NCBI GenBank assembly: GCA_043228905.1
Contig: JBHGNT010000017.1
Span: 15,004,001-15,068,000, forward strand
DNA length: 64,000 nt
Direction of reading: 5' to 3'
Source of the DNA: Azolla caroliniana
Taxonomy: Eukaryota > Plantae > Polypodiophyta
Shown here: in pieces, positions 37,425-50,282 of the stretch
How the letters are laid out: every line of letters starts with the position of its first letter
How positions within the stretch are numbered: the first letter of the stretch is position 1
Notes under the pieces: generated by a model
Databases searched by the model: none
What the model was told of the DNA's origin: nothing
What the model saw: only the letters and a program-made list of their open reading frames with translations
Translations under genes and position numbers: made by a program

Positions 37425-37990
37425 ATTTCCCCCTCAATCTTAAATCCCCTTTGAATATTTCCCCTCATTTGACATTTCATATCCTAACTCTCTCTTTTCT
37501 CCTTATCCCTCCTTAACATTATAAACTCTTTTCCCTTATACCAAAACCTCCCCCTTGTCACATTAAAGCTCATAATATCCTTTTCCTTCTTCTCCAAATC
37601 TTCACCTTTTCAAATCATATCCATAAGCACACACCCCCACTCCATATTGTCATTTCTCTAAACCCTCTCCTAAAACTCCTTATATAAACCTATCCACCCC
37701 TAATGGACATTTTAGCACTGATGAGCCCCGTGGTGGGCGAAACTAGTTTGCTCATGACCATATCCCCATGTAATTTCTTTTTCAATCTTAATGATAATTA
37801 GTAATAGCTTTGCTCTTAATCTCTCTCTCTCTCTTAACATGTTAGTAACATTTGTTTTAGTCTTTTTAATTAATACTTAATGGCTAGCCCTCTTTCCCTT
37901 TCTCATTATATTTTTAGTTATATTTAAGTTTTAATCCCTATAATAATTTAAGTTATCAAGGTTTAATCTCTCTCTCTCTCTCATGCTCTC
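37425..37990 (+). repeat. Hammerhead-containing direct repeat, copy 3
   Basis: Matches 34383-34949; preceded by about 400 bp of pyrimidine-rich sequence. Confidence 0.9.
37703..37761 (+). ncRNA. Type I hammerhead ribozyme, copy 3 (intact)
   Basis: ATGG A CAT TTT AGCA CTGATGA GCCC CGTGGT GGGC GAAAC TA GTT TGCT C ATG A CCAT; full core, 4-bp stem II, extended stem I, palindromic ACTAGT stem III, predicted cut after GUU at 37748. Confidence 0.85.
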
Positions 37991-37994
37991 TAAT

Positions 37995-39788
37995 TTAAGT
38001 CATTATATGGACTTAAGCAAGCTCCGTGTGCCTGGAACGTGAAAATCATGCAATTATTGCATAGAATGGGGTTTGCTCCATCAAAGTCAGACTCTTCATT
38101 ATTCATTCGACTAAGTCGGACTGGACCGATACGCATTTTGCTTTATGTTGATGATTTAATCATCATTGTAGCTGACCTTAGAGAAATCTGCCACGTAAAG
38201 TGTCGGCTTGTGGCATCATTCGAAATGAAGGATCTTGCAAACCTTCATTACTTCCTCGGGATCGAAGTGATCCGTGCCCCCGAAGGCAGATTAATCAGCT
38301 AATGCCATTATGTGCTGAATATGCTTTTCAAGTTCAGGATAGCGGATTGTAAATCCATCTCAACCCCTCTGGATAGAAACGTGAAGCTTTGCTGAGATTC
38401 GGGAAAGGCGTATGACCTGACACGGTTTCGACAGATTGTCGGAAGCCTCATTTACTTGATGATCACTTGGCTAGACCTTAGTTACTTGGTCGGCTTGATC
38501 AGTCAATTCATGTCACAGGCCAAGACTGAACTCCTTCAGTGCGCACAAAGGATATTGTGGTATGTCAGCGGCACTATGGACATGGCGTTGCTATATCGGG
38601 TAGGAGTAGCCGAGTAGTTAGTTGGCTACACGGATGCTAATTGGGTCGGAAATGCCGGCGATCGCAGATCAACATCTGGATATGAATTTTCATTGGGAAG
38701 TGTGGCGATTACATGGAGCAGTAAAAAGTAGCCGATTGTGGCATTGCCGAGCACGGAGGCCGAGTATCGAGCGACGATTGTTGCTACGTGTGAAGCCATT
38801 TGGCTAAAACGGCTATGATGGGATCTACATGTAGAGGTGTCCGAGCCAACCGTAATCTATTGCGACAACCTTAGTAGTATCCAATTAGCGAAGAACCCTG
38901 TCTTCCACGCCCGGACAAAGCACATCGAAGTGCACTATCATTTGGTCCACGAGCGAATCCTCTTTGGAGAAGTTGAACTACTGCATGTTCCTACTCATCG
39001 ACAAGTTGCCAATATCTTCACCAAACCTCTCGGTCTCGACAAGTTGTGGCATTTTTTGGGTATGTTTGGCCTCCAACATATCGTCATGCAAAACTTGAGG
39101 GGGAGGAGTGAAGAAGGAGAAGAGAGAGACGAAGCCCAAAAAGCCGAGTCAGATGATGAATTCGATTTCGGTCCGACTTAAGAAGTCGGTATGTCCAACC
39201 AGGCCAAAGAAGCCGTGGACGTGTGGACAAATGGAAGAAGATCGGCTAATCGTAGGATAGCCAGATGCAGGGGGAGCCAAAGCCAACCGAACAAAGGGGA
39301 GGAAAAGCTGTGAAGGGCAAGAACGGTGGGAGAGTCAAGGAGGACAGAGTCGACAGAGTGAAGACCAAGACGAAGACATGGGCGGATGTCATCAAGGGTC
39401 TGGAAGTGGACGAATCGGAGACAACAGATTTGATAAAGAGTGGAAGTGAATTGGAGTTGGCCGACGCAATCGAAATGTTCGATTTGGAAGAGCCGGATCG
39501 ATGGGCAACGCTGGAAGAAGGGCAACTGAAGTTGACACCACTACGGAGGAGCCGAAGGGTCAAGAGGCGCCTACACGGAAACAACAAAGAAGCTGATAAG
39601 GGCCAAGATAGTAGACAAGCCATCCGTAGAGGTCGAGGTGCGCGGAACCAGACGGGTCGAGGAGCGTCGGATCGGAAGAGTCGTGGTACGCAAGATCAGA
39701 CTGGATGAGGAGCACCAGGAAAGGACGCTGGAGTGATAAACCAGTTGAAGCTGACACAATGGAACCTCAAGTTGAGCTTGAGGGGGAG
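37995..39788 (+). pseudogene. Copia B RT C-terminal half, RNase H and C-terminal extension
   Basis: KSLYGLKQAP, LLYVDDL, GYTDANW, IYCDNLSSIQLAKNPVFHARTKHIEVHYH, ANIFTKPL. Confidence 0.9.
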
Positions 39789-40230
39789 AGTTGAGCGAGC
39801 AAGCTCAACTCGGATTGAGCGACTGAAGAACCTGAGAATCGAATCGGTTTTAAGATTGATTAGGGAGACCCAAATCGGCAGTAGGACCGAGAACTGAGAG
39901 CCGTGTGGTGAGGGACTCGGGTAGGCCGTTAATAGACTATATTCCTAGTACAGTAAATAGGAATATTGTACGTAGAATTAGTGTCGGGCTCATTTATGAG
40001 CATTCAAGTACTAACGATACTTGTGTCAGCCCACTCGTCAGGGCTTGTATAAAAAGTGCTCACTGAGCACAAAGTATGTTCAGAGTGTTATTCCTCTTAA
40101 TATAATTTTGTGTCTGCTCTCTCTGTCTCTCTCATTCTTTGTGTTCTCTACATTTTCCAAACTGTTGTGTTTCCGAACATCAATTGTATACTCTGTGTCT
40201 TTTCGCACGGTTTCGCACATCGTATTCTTT
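39789..40230 (+). repeat. Copia B 3' LTR
   Basis: Homologous to 14823-15250; 5' TG mutated to AG; last bases lost before TSD AGGTA. Confidence 0.9.
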
Positions 40231-40235
40231 AGGTA

Positions 40236-42967
40236 GTTGCCACAACAATATATTTGATTCATCGCCTTTAGAACCTTTGGAAGAAAAAATCTGATTCGGT
40301 CCAGGCACACCTCAATGAGTACGAAAGCCTAAGTTCCCAAAATTTGGCTCAAGGGACGACTATTGAAGACGAATTGAAAGCAATGTTGCTAATGAGTAGT
40401 CTCCCTCCATCATGGGAAACTTTCGTCACAACTGTGTGCAATGCATCGACTGCTGTCGTTAAGTACACCGTAGTCATGAGTGCAATTCTGACTAAAGCAG
40501 CTCAGAGGAAATCATTTGCAAACGATTCGGCCAATGTCACTTCGTAGTACAAGGTTTGACTGACCGACCAAACAATCGAGGAAGAAGTTCTTCCCGACAA
40601 CCGAACAATCAACGAAGTTGGAGCAAGTCCCGAGACAATCAAATCTGCAACTATTGCAAGAAACTCGGGCACATCAAAGCCGATTGTCGTGCACTCAAAG
40701 CTAAGAATGATAAAGCTTAGCGAGCTGATTAGAAGAAGGGCCGGCATGAGGAGGTCAATTATGTTGACTCTTCAACTGAAGTATTATCCATTGAAAACCC
40801 AGTCGAATCAAAAGTTCTGCTTACAACTAAGGAATCGAGCACATGGCTCTTGGATTTAGGTGCGTCCTACCATGTGGCCCCTCACAGATCCCAGTTTCAG
40901 CAATATTTGGCCCGACACTCGGACTTAGTATGAGTGGGAAATTCGTAGCACTGCGCTATTATCGGAATCGGCACCGTAGAACTCAATCTCCCAAGTGGTT
41001 CTACATTAGTACTACAGAATGTGTGTACTTGAGCTCTCAAGACCTTTGATCTCTGTCGGACAATTGGATGAAGACAACATCCGTGCTGGCTTCTCATTAG
41101 GAGGGTGGACACTCCATCGAGGGAACCTCCCGCTTGCTTGAGGACCGAAACTACATTCTCTGTACCCGTTGTAGGTCACACTCAGAGAGGGTGACTTGTT
41201 CCTGGTTGATATTCCCGTGTCATCACTATGGCATGGATGACTCGAACACCTCAACAAGGTCGGCATAACGCATTTATCTAGAGCCGGATACATCCCCAAA
41301 CTCTTATTCTCCGATCATCAATTGTGTGAGAGTTGCCAGTATGACAAACATATAGCCGTATCACACCCGACAATAGCACCGAGAGAATCGAGTCCACTCG
41401 ATTTGGTCCACTTGGACGTTTGTGACCCTATGCCACATCAATCTCTCGGCGGTGCCTTGTACTTCTTCAAATTTATCAATGACTTGACTTGAAAGGTGGG
41501 GGCTTATCCGATTAAAAACAAAGATACGGTGGTCTTGATCTTTTCTGAATGGTTCGCTATGGTAGAGAACCAGTCTTTGTAGAAAGTTGAAATGCCTTCG
41601 AACTGACAATGGAGGAGAGTTCAAGTCTGAAGAATTCGTTCGATTTTGCCGACAACGTGGCATCATACATGAATACACGACACCACATAGTCTGGAGCAA
41701 AACGAAATTGCCTAACTAATGAATCAGACAATTCAAGAACGTATAGTTTCCCGTCTCCAACACTCTGAACTATTTGATGGCTTCTGGGTAGAGGTCCTAT
41801 TTATAGCAATACACATAATCAGTATGTCATCGATTAGGTGTCTAGGACTTAGAATACTTCAGGAATTATGGACCGGCAATAAGCCGAATTACAACAAGTT
41901 GAGAATTTTCGGGTGTGAGGCGTACACCCTCATACCAAAAGATGACCGCTGCAAACTTGAACCAAGGTCTAGGAAATATATTTTCCTCAGTTATAGATCA
42001 GATGGCAAGTTCGGATACCTACTCTAGGATCTTGAGCATAGAGAAATTGTCTAAAGTTCGGATGTAGTTTTCAATCAGTCGTCTATGCATAAGATGGCCA
42101 AAAGGCCTATTGAAGTCCGAAGGGTAATTTTTTTTCAGATGTGCCGACCCTTCATGAAGGCCCAACCCATAACACAAGGTCAGCTTCACAGGTAGCCGAA
42201 TCCTCTAGCACCGACTAACTCGGCACAACCGAACGATTTGGCTTTGACCCATCTGACTCCGACACCCGATGCGATTAGTCTAGTCATACCTCGAATATCT
42301 GAGAGACTGTCGCAACCCCTGGAGAGGTACTCTCTTGGACTCTTCTTCACGGGCGCAGGAGAACCGAAGTCATATGAAGAAGCATCGACATCAGCTGATT
42401 TGGCCACATGGCATCTAGCGATGGAGTCAGAATTGAACTCCATTCGGGAAAACAAGAATTGGGACTTGGTCGAACTACCGAAAAATTGACGTGCTCTTCC
42501 GTGCAAGTGTGTCTACAGATTAAAAGAGACATCCGATTTGGCCACCCCAAAATTCAAGGCCAGACTAGTAGCAAAGGGTTTCCGACAGGAATATGGCATT
42601 AACTTCGACAAAATCTTTTCACCAGTGGTGAAAATGACCACCCTTCAATTCCTACTCGGTGTAGTGGTAGCTGAGGAATTGGAGTTGATTCAGCTAGATG
42701 TTAAAATGGCTTTCCTCCATGATGACCTTGAGGAGGAAATTTATATGGAGTAGCCGAAAGGCTTTGTGGTATCTGGCTAGGAACATCCAGTGTGTCAACT
42801 CAAGAAGAGTCTTTATGGCCTAAATAAGGCACCGCGACAATGGTATGAGAAGTTCGACAACTTTATCCAATCGGTTAGCTTCTCAAAGTGCAATGAGGAC
42901 CATTGCCTCTTTACCAAAACAACTCAAGATGGGTCACCCATCTTCCTCATCATTTACGTGGACGACA
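40236..42967 (+). pseudogene. Copia A gag-pol continuation
   Basis: LLMSSLPPSWETFV, CNYCKKLGHIKADC, LRTDNGGEF, LRIFGCEAY, KARLVAKGF, LDVKMAFLH, KSLYGL, IYVDD. Confidence 0.9.
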
Positions 42968-43612
42968 TGTTAGGAATATATCCCTCCTATGGGAGTAGCC
43001 AACTGGTCGGGCCGAGTGCCAACAATTGAAGACATGGAGAGTCGACTAGAGGAGTCGACAATAGGTTAGTCCAAGTTGAAGTCACAACCAACTAGTTGGG
43101 CCGACCGGATGGTCGAAGATAAGGTCGACTAGTCGGGCCAATTGGACAGTCGACGCTGGAGTCGATTAGTCGATCTGTCAGCTGAATAACTATTACTGCT
43201 ATAATAGGAATGACAATAGCAGTATCTACATTTGTAAATAGCCCATATAGTGTACAAGTATAAATACACTTAGGGCAAACATAGAGAGGGTGTAGAATAG
43301 AATAGGTTGCGAGCCTCTATTGAGAGAGCGTGACATAGAAGAGAGTGTGCATGAGCAGGAGAGAGCGGCAACAAAGTTCAAGGAATTTGTTAAGAACCCT
43401 AAGTGGGTTATCCTCTATGTTCATAAGCGAAGATTGTAACCATTTTTTCTGTATTCTCTTGTAAGTGGATCTCTTTTTCTCTCGTGGTTTTCCTAGTTAG
43501 GGTTTCCATGTTAAACACTGTGTATTGTGTATTTGTTGTTTTTCCATCTCATTGTATTGTTGTGTATCTCCCAGTCGAACTTTCCTACGAATATAGGGAT
43601 TGAATCCCGTCA
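42968..43612 (+). repeat. Copia D 5' LTR, inserted at the YVDD codons of copia A
   Basis: TGTTAGGAA...CCCGTCA followed by PBS TGGTATCAGAGC (43616-43627); no matching 3' LTR found. Confidence 0.85.
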
Positions 43613-43637
43613 AATTGGTATCAGAGCAAGGTTAAAG

Positions 43638-46600
43638 ATGGAAGGAGGTGTGAGCGGCTTGCTTCCCAGGGATGATAGTTCTAAACTCTCAGAACTATGT
43701 AGACTAGAAGATAAAGATGGAGGACCTTCTCATAGTCAAAGACTTGTATGCGCCAATCAACAAAGCTGAAATACCCACATGGGTTTTAGAGTCGTAATGG
43801 AAACTTCTTAACAGAAAGGTGGTGGCCACCATCCGATAGTGCGTCGATGTAAGTGTCCTTCAACATGTGGCGAACGATACAAATGCCTACGAGATGTGGC
43901 AGAAGCTGTCAAGCTTATATGAGTGGAAGAACACCCTCAACAAAACATCCCTGATGAGGAAGATCGTGAGGCTGAAATACAGGGATGGGGAAAGCATAGT
44001 CGAGCACATCAGCACATTCATGGGGTATGTGAATCAACTTGCCGCAACCAAGTTTCCCCTTGAGAATGCAATGCAGGTCGTCCTCCTATTGTGTATCCTG
44101 CTAGACAACTGGGAGAATCTAGTGGTGACCCTCAACACCTCGTGTCAAGAGGAGAATTTGTCTCTACAAGTGGTAAAGACAAGCATCTTGAACGAGGAGA
44201 CTAGAAGGAAGGACAAGGGTGTCTTGGCCCAGTTGGATTCAAACTTGACTCAACATACCTGTAGAGGAATGAACCGACAAAGGAGTCCACCAAGGAGAGA
44301 AAAGTCTCATGCCAAATCCAAGTCCAGAGGTAAGCTAACATGCTTCTATTGTGGAAAGCTTGGACACTTTCAAAAGGACTATCGACACCTTAAGAAGGAC
44401 AAGAGTGTCGGTAATAATGTCAAACCCAGGATTCTGTTCATTTGTAAGCAGGCAAGCACAAATCTTGCAAGCGAAGAGTGCACCTGGGTAATCAACTCAG
44501 GTGCATCATTCCTCATAACTCCATCGAGAGAGTGTTTTTTGACTTACATAGCTAGGGATCATGGCTATGTAAAGATGGGAGATCATGGAGAGTGCAAGAT
44601 AGCCGGCATTGGAAGCGTGTGCCTAACGACGTCGACTAGTTCTCGACTAATGTTGAGGGAAGTTCGACATGTCCCTAATATTAAATTGAATCTGATATCG
44701 ATGGGAAGATTGGACGTCGAAGGCTATAATGGTGATTTCCGAAACGGTAAGTGGAAGATCTGCCGTGGAAATCTCGTAGTGGCACGAGCACAAAAAGAAG
44801 GCACGTTGTATATGATGCAAGCCCGACTATGCAAGTCGGAAGTGAATGTGGCAACTGACTCGAGTGGAGAGTTATGGCATAAGAGGCTCGACCACATGAG
44901 TGAGAAAGGAATGCACATTTTGCCGACCAGGAACTTCTCCCAAAAGTGAAAGGAGTACACTTGGAGAAATGTGTCAACTGATTAGCCGGAAAGCAGAACC
45001 GAGCGACATTCCACACAAGACCACCAAGCAAAAAAGAAGCTGCACTGGAACTAGTGCACATGGTGTGTGCTATGGAGATGCTCCATCGCAAGGAGGTGGA
45101 AACTACTTCGTAACGTTTATCGATGACTAAATTCGGAAGACATGGGCCTTCGTATTGAAGTCAAAGGATCAAGTATTGAAAATGTTCAAGGAGTTCCAGG
45201 CAAGAACTGAACGAGAGTCGGGTCGGAAGCTGAAGGCGGTCCAAACCGACAATGGTGGCGAATATAAAGGGCAGTTCGAGGATTATTGCAAGGTTCAAGG
45301 TATTCGAATCAAATACAAAGTGCCAAAGACCCCTAAGTTGAACATGCTTGCATAGAGGATGAATCGAACAATCATGGAGAGAGTAAGGAACATGCTCTCT
45401 CATGCTAAATTGCCAAAATTGTATTGGGCTGAGGCGATGTACACAATTGTCTACGTGATCAATAGGTCCCCCTCAGTACCATTGAAAGGTGATGTCCCAC
45501 ACAGGGTGTGGATAGGAAAGGATGTCTCCTACCAACATATGAGGGTGTTTGGATGCTTAGTGTATATGCATGTGGGTAAGGATCAGAGGTCGAAGCTCGA
45601 CAATAAGTCGAAACCATGCATATTAATGTGATACTCGAAGGATGAGGTCGGTTACCAGTTGTGGGACTTAGTTGACAAGAAGGTAGTCACGAGTCAGGAT
45701 GTAGTCTTCTTGGAAGATAAGACAATAGAGGACTAGATGCAATAGAAGTCGGAATCGACGTCCCAGTCAACTCCCACCACTACCGACTTATGGCCAAGTG
45801 AACTGACATAGTCGACTATTCGAAGACAACCAGTCAGCACAACCGCATCCGATTCTATGGACTCGGCGCAACCGACCAATACAGATGAGTCGGAGTCGAC
45901 AGACCTATTGAAGTCAATCAAGGACTATGAGTCGGAATCAGTTAAACTCCCAACAACTGATTGACGCATATGAATTTGAGTTAAGAGTAGAGCCGACAGA
46001 GACATTTGAACTGAAGCTGACAACGAGTGGAAGGAGCACTCAAAGAAAGGAGGGCACCGATGACATATGCCAGCCAATACATCCTCTTGACTAATGAAGG
46101 TGAACCAGAGTGCTATGAAGTAGCCATAGCTAATGAGCACAAGGAGAAATGGTTGAGCGCAATGCAAGATGAGATGGACTCCTTGCATGAGAACTAACCT
46201 ATGATTTGGTAGAACTACCAAAAGGTAAGAGAGCACTCAGAAACAAATGGCTCTACTAGGTGAAGACTAGAGAAATTGGTGAAGGGGTTTCAACAGAAAA
46301 AGGGTGTCAACTTCGACGAAATATTCGCACAAGGCGTGAAGATGACATTCATCTCAACTATTCTAAGCATTGCTACGAGAATGGATATGGAGATCGAACA
46401 GTTGAATGTCAAGACGACATTCTTGCACAGGGAGTTGGATGAAGAGATCTACATGCAGCAGCCCAAAGGCTTTGTGGAGAAGGGGAAAGAGAACCTAGTG
46501 TGTCAACTGAGGAAAATCTTGTATGGGCTGAAACAAGTTCCACACCAATGGTACAAGAAGTTTGAATCCTTCATGATGGAACACCGGTTCTAGAAAACAC

Positions 46601-47852
46601 AGGTTGATCACTATGTGTTCGTCAAAAGTTATGAAGAAGGTGACTTCTTGATTCTCTTATTATATGTGGATGACATGTTCATAGTCGGACAAGACACGAA
46701 GAGGATCGTGATCTTGAAGAAAGCACTAGGCAGGTCATTTTCCATTAAAGATCTTGGACCAGCAAAGCTGATCTTAGGTATGCACATAGTTCGAGATAGA
46801 ACTAAGAAAGTGTTGTGGTTCTCACAAGAGAAATACGTGATGAAGATCCTACAAAGATTCGACATGTCGAAGTCAAAGCCAGTCGGCTCTTTGTTGCCGA
46901 TCAACTTCAAGTTGAATGTCAAGCAATGCCCGAGAGGGGAGAACAAAAAGGCTAAGATGAAGAAAATACCATATGCCTCAACCGTCGGTAGTTTAATGTG
47001 ACGGGAACTCAAACGCTCCTTATGTCCAACGCTCGGCCACAACCGAGCTTCTTTTCATACGCAGAAAACGGGAAACAAATGCACGACACGAAGTGAGAGA
47101 AGATACACACACTACACAGGAGGTTTACGTGGAAAACCCCAAACTAGGGGAAAAACTACGGCAGTCCACAGGCTACAAACTGTCACTATGTAAGAATGTA
47201 CAAACAGTGAGTCCACGGAGGCAACGACCTTGTGCTCACGATCTTCGCCACAGGAGGCGGTTACAACAGAGGCAACGACCTCGTTCTCTCTCTCTCTCTC
47301 TCTGTACAGTTACGCTCTCTCTCTTCTTCTTGCACCAACAAGGAAAAATAACAGCAACTAACGGTTACTAAAAGTTTGCCCTAAGTCATATTTATACTAA
47401 TATGACTTTTCGGCTATTTACAAATGTAGCCTCGATGGGCTCTCAGAAACATATTTACGAATATGTCTCTTCATCCGGTTCATACCGGGCCTGCACCATC
47501 CGGCTCTCCGTAGCCGGGTACTCCTCATCCGGTTCATACCGGGCCTGCACCATCTGGCTCTCCGTAGCCGGGTACTCCTCATCCGGTTTCGGCCTCGGCC
47601 GAGTTTGTTCATCGGCACTGTTCTTCTTCCTTCCCATCCGGAGGGACCTGTTTCCCAACATAATGTATGTTATGGTTTGTACAAGACCAGACATAACATT
47701 TGTTGTGGGGGTAGTAAGCCGATATATGAGTAATCCGGGTAGAGAACACTAGGCAACAATGAAATGGATACTTAGGTACTTGAAAGGCACCTCAGGTGTG
47801 TGTCTTAGGTATAGTGTCAGAAAACCCATGCTCGAAGGGTTTACTGACTCGG
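43638..47852 (+). pseudogene. Copia D (Tnt1/Tork-like) gag-pol
   Basis: CFYCGKLGH, WVINSGAS, LWHKRLDH, VQTDNGGEY, LNVKTTFLH, LLYVDDM, PYASTVGSLM/YVMVCTRPDI, LEGFTDS. Confidence 0.9.
46999..47660 (-). mobile_element. Solo LTR inserted in copia D RT
   Basis: TG...CA ends; perfect TSD TAATG (46994-46998 and 47661-47665); splits GSLM/YVMV. Confidence 0.93.
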
Positions 47853-48867
47853 TTTCGTGGAGAAAACCGCCCCTAGGAGGAATCAAGGTGAGGAGGCGTG
47901 ACCCAATCCTTTTCGCACGTGTGTGCGTTTATGAATTGTACATAGCTAGGAATAGATCGGTTGATGTACATATGTACTAGGAAGGGTATTAATTGTCTAG
48001 GGAATCGATGTGCATCCCTGTCCGAAAGGACAGAGAATAAAGTTGATCTGTTTTGATATAACGGCCTCCTCGGTGACATATAAGTCCATGCTTCGGCTTG
48101 TGTCTTTCTTCGCGGCTTTGCGCGGTAGATCGGCTCTTCGCGGCTTCGTTGCGCGGTTGCGGAATCCACGCGTTATTGCGTAAAGTGCGTGGTTTGCGGA
48201 ATCCACGCATTATTCCAAATGTGTGCGGTTTGCGGAATCCACACGTTATTGCGTAGCGTCTTCACTATCTTTAGTACTCCCCCTCAAGCTTGGCAGGTCA
48301 GGGATCGTTCATAAATTGCCATAGCTTGTCGGCTCCTAAGGCTTTAGTGAAGATGTCGTTCGTTTGAAGATTGGTGCTAATGTGTTGTAGGTCGACATAG
48401 CTAGCTAGAACGTGCTCTCAGATGAAGTCATAGTGCACTTCGATGTGCTTTGTCCGCACGTGGAACACCGGGTTCCGAGCCAGATAGATACTGCTCATGT
48501 TGTCGCAGTAAAGGGAAGTCAGATCCTTGATGGGTACGCCCATATCCTTGAGTATCCTTTTGAGCCCTACGGCTTCACATGCGGCCATTGCCGCAGGGCA
48601 GGGGAGAAGAAGAAGAATATAGCGCGTTTTGGCGAGGACGAAGTGCTGTCGGACTGGGAACTGAGCTCTCTCCTCCTCAACCATTGATCTCTGCCACTTT
48701 TCGGTGACGGTTGCCTCTGCTGCGTGTAAGCCCGTGTGCTTCCAGCAGAGGCTCCTGCTGCATTCTCTGTGTCGTCCGTGTGTGTGCGTGGGACCTCCGT
48801 TTTGGGTCAGTTGCCGGCTTGCCGGTTGTAATCGTTGTTGAGATTGAAATTGAATCTTCCGTTCCCG

Positions 48868-48898
<31 letters not shown>

Positions 48899-49480
48899 CC
48901 GTGAATCGCTCTCCCTCTCCTTTCTCACGCTCCTTGGTTCAGGGCCCCCGCGGTCCCGCCTCATTTCACACGCGAGAGCGTAACAACATGACATATTTGG
49001 TGAACCCGACATGAAAGAAGGCGACAAAGGAGTTGAGGATGAGGGGATCCAAGCTTGCTGAAGCTATGGCAGTAGCCGTCGACTGGCTAGTGAGTGCTCA
49101 TGAGGGAACGGGTGCCCTTGATAGGGCCATAGAATCGATTGTCGGCACCATAGGCCGATTCAATGGAAAGAATGCCGCGAGCTATTTGGAGGCCTATTGG
49201 GCCGAAATGATCATGAGGGACATCCCAGAGGACAGACGGTTGTCCAGATTCCCTCGAGTGGTGATGCCGAGCATCCATGCGGAGGTGCTGGCCGGATGCC
49301 AAGCTTGGGTGGAGCTCGAGGGGTGGCTCCTCGAGAAGTACGGGTACAATGATTCGCTTCAGTTGTTGAAGTGGGACTTCCTGGCTTGGGTTGAGAGCCT
49401 TGGAAAGGGGAGGAACACGTCGGTGCTCCTCCAGGAATTCGAACAACGATTCGCTAGGTTGTCAGTGCTGGATCAGACCG
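47853..49480 (+). mobile_element. Truncated tRNA-Trp-primed gypsy element (LTR 47853-48993, PBS, gag start)
   Basis: LTR homologous to 59078-59733; PBS TGGTGAACCCGAC 48998-49010; gag RFNGKNAASYLEAY (49033-49480). Confidence 0.85.
48275..48597 (-). pseudogene. Copia RNase H end plus PPT fragment embedded in the gypsy LTR
   Basis: AAMAACEAV..LYCDNMSSIYLARNPVFHVRTKHIEVHY; TGAGGGGGAGT on the minus strand. Confidence 0.85.
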
Positions 49481-49685
49481 TTACGCTCTCGTGTGTGAAA
49501 TGAGGTGGGACTGCGGGGGCCCTGAACCAAGGAGCGTGGGAAAGAAGAGGGAGAGTGACTCACAGAAACACACAAAGAGAGAAGGGAACAGAAGATTCAA
49601 TTGCAATGACAACAACGATTACAACTGGCAAACCGGCAATAGACCCCAAACGGAGGTCCCACGCGCACACATAGATGACACAGAG
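49480..49685 (-). repeat. Inverted copy of the gypsy LTR 3' part (about 48765-48985)
   Basis: GTTACGCTCTCGTGTGTGAAATGAGG is the reverse complement of CCTCATTTCACACGCGAGAGCGTAAC. Confidence 0.88.
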
Positions 49686-50279
49686 TTTGTTCATCGGCAC
49701 TGTTCTTCTTCCTTCCCATCCGGAGGGACATAATGTATGTTATGGTTTGTACAAGACCAGACATAACATTTGTTGTGGGGGTAGTAAGCCGATATATGAG
49801 TAATCCAGGTAGAGAACACTAGGCAACAATGAAATGGATACTTAGGTACTTGAAAGGCACCTCGGGTGTGTGTCTTAGGTATAGTGTTAGAAAACCCATG
49901 CTCGAAGGGTTTACTAACTCGGTGTCATGGAGAAAACCGCCCCTAGGAGGAATCAAGGCGAGGAGGCGTGACCCAATCCTTTTCGCACGTGTGTGCGTTT
50001 ATGAATTGTACATAGCTAGGAATAGATCGGTTGATGTACATATATACTAGGAAGGGTATTAATTGTCTAGGGAATCGATGTGCATCCCTGTCCGAAAGGA
50101 CAGAGAATAAAGTTGATCTGTTTTGATATAACGGCCTCCTCAGTGACATATAAGTCTATGCTTCAGCTTGTGTCTTTCTTCGCGGCTTTGCGCGGTAGAT
50201 CGGCTCTTCGCGGCTTCGTTGTGCGGTTGCGGAATCCACGCGTTATGCGTAAAGTGCGTGGTTTGCGGAATCCACGCAT
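49683..50279 (+). repeat. Direct duplication of about 47601-48210 (solo-LTR end, copia D RT, gypsy LTR start)
   Basis: Near-identical sequence; both encode KWILRYLKGTSGVCLRY; short deletion at the solo-LTR end. Confidence 0.92.
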
Positions 50280-50282
50280 GAG

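Larger units (their letters stand above)
14823..40230 (+). mobile_element. Copia B LTR retrotransposon, expanded by nested insertions
   Basis: LTR pair 14823-15250 and 39789-40230; TSD AGGTA (14818-14822 and 40231-40235); PBS at 15251; PPT at about 39779-39788; copia A gag resumes after the right TSD. Confidence 0.92.
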
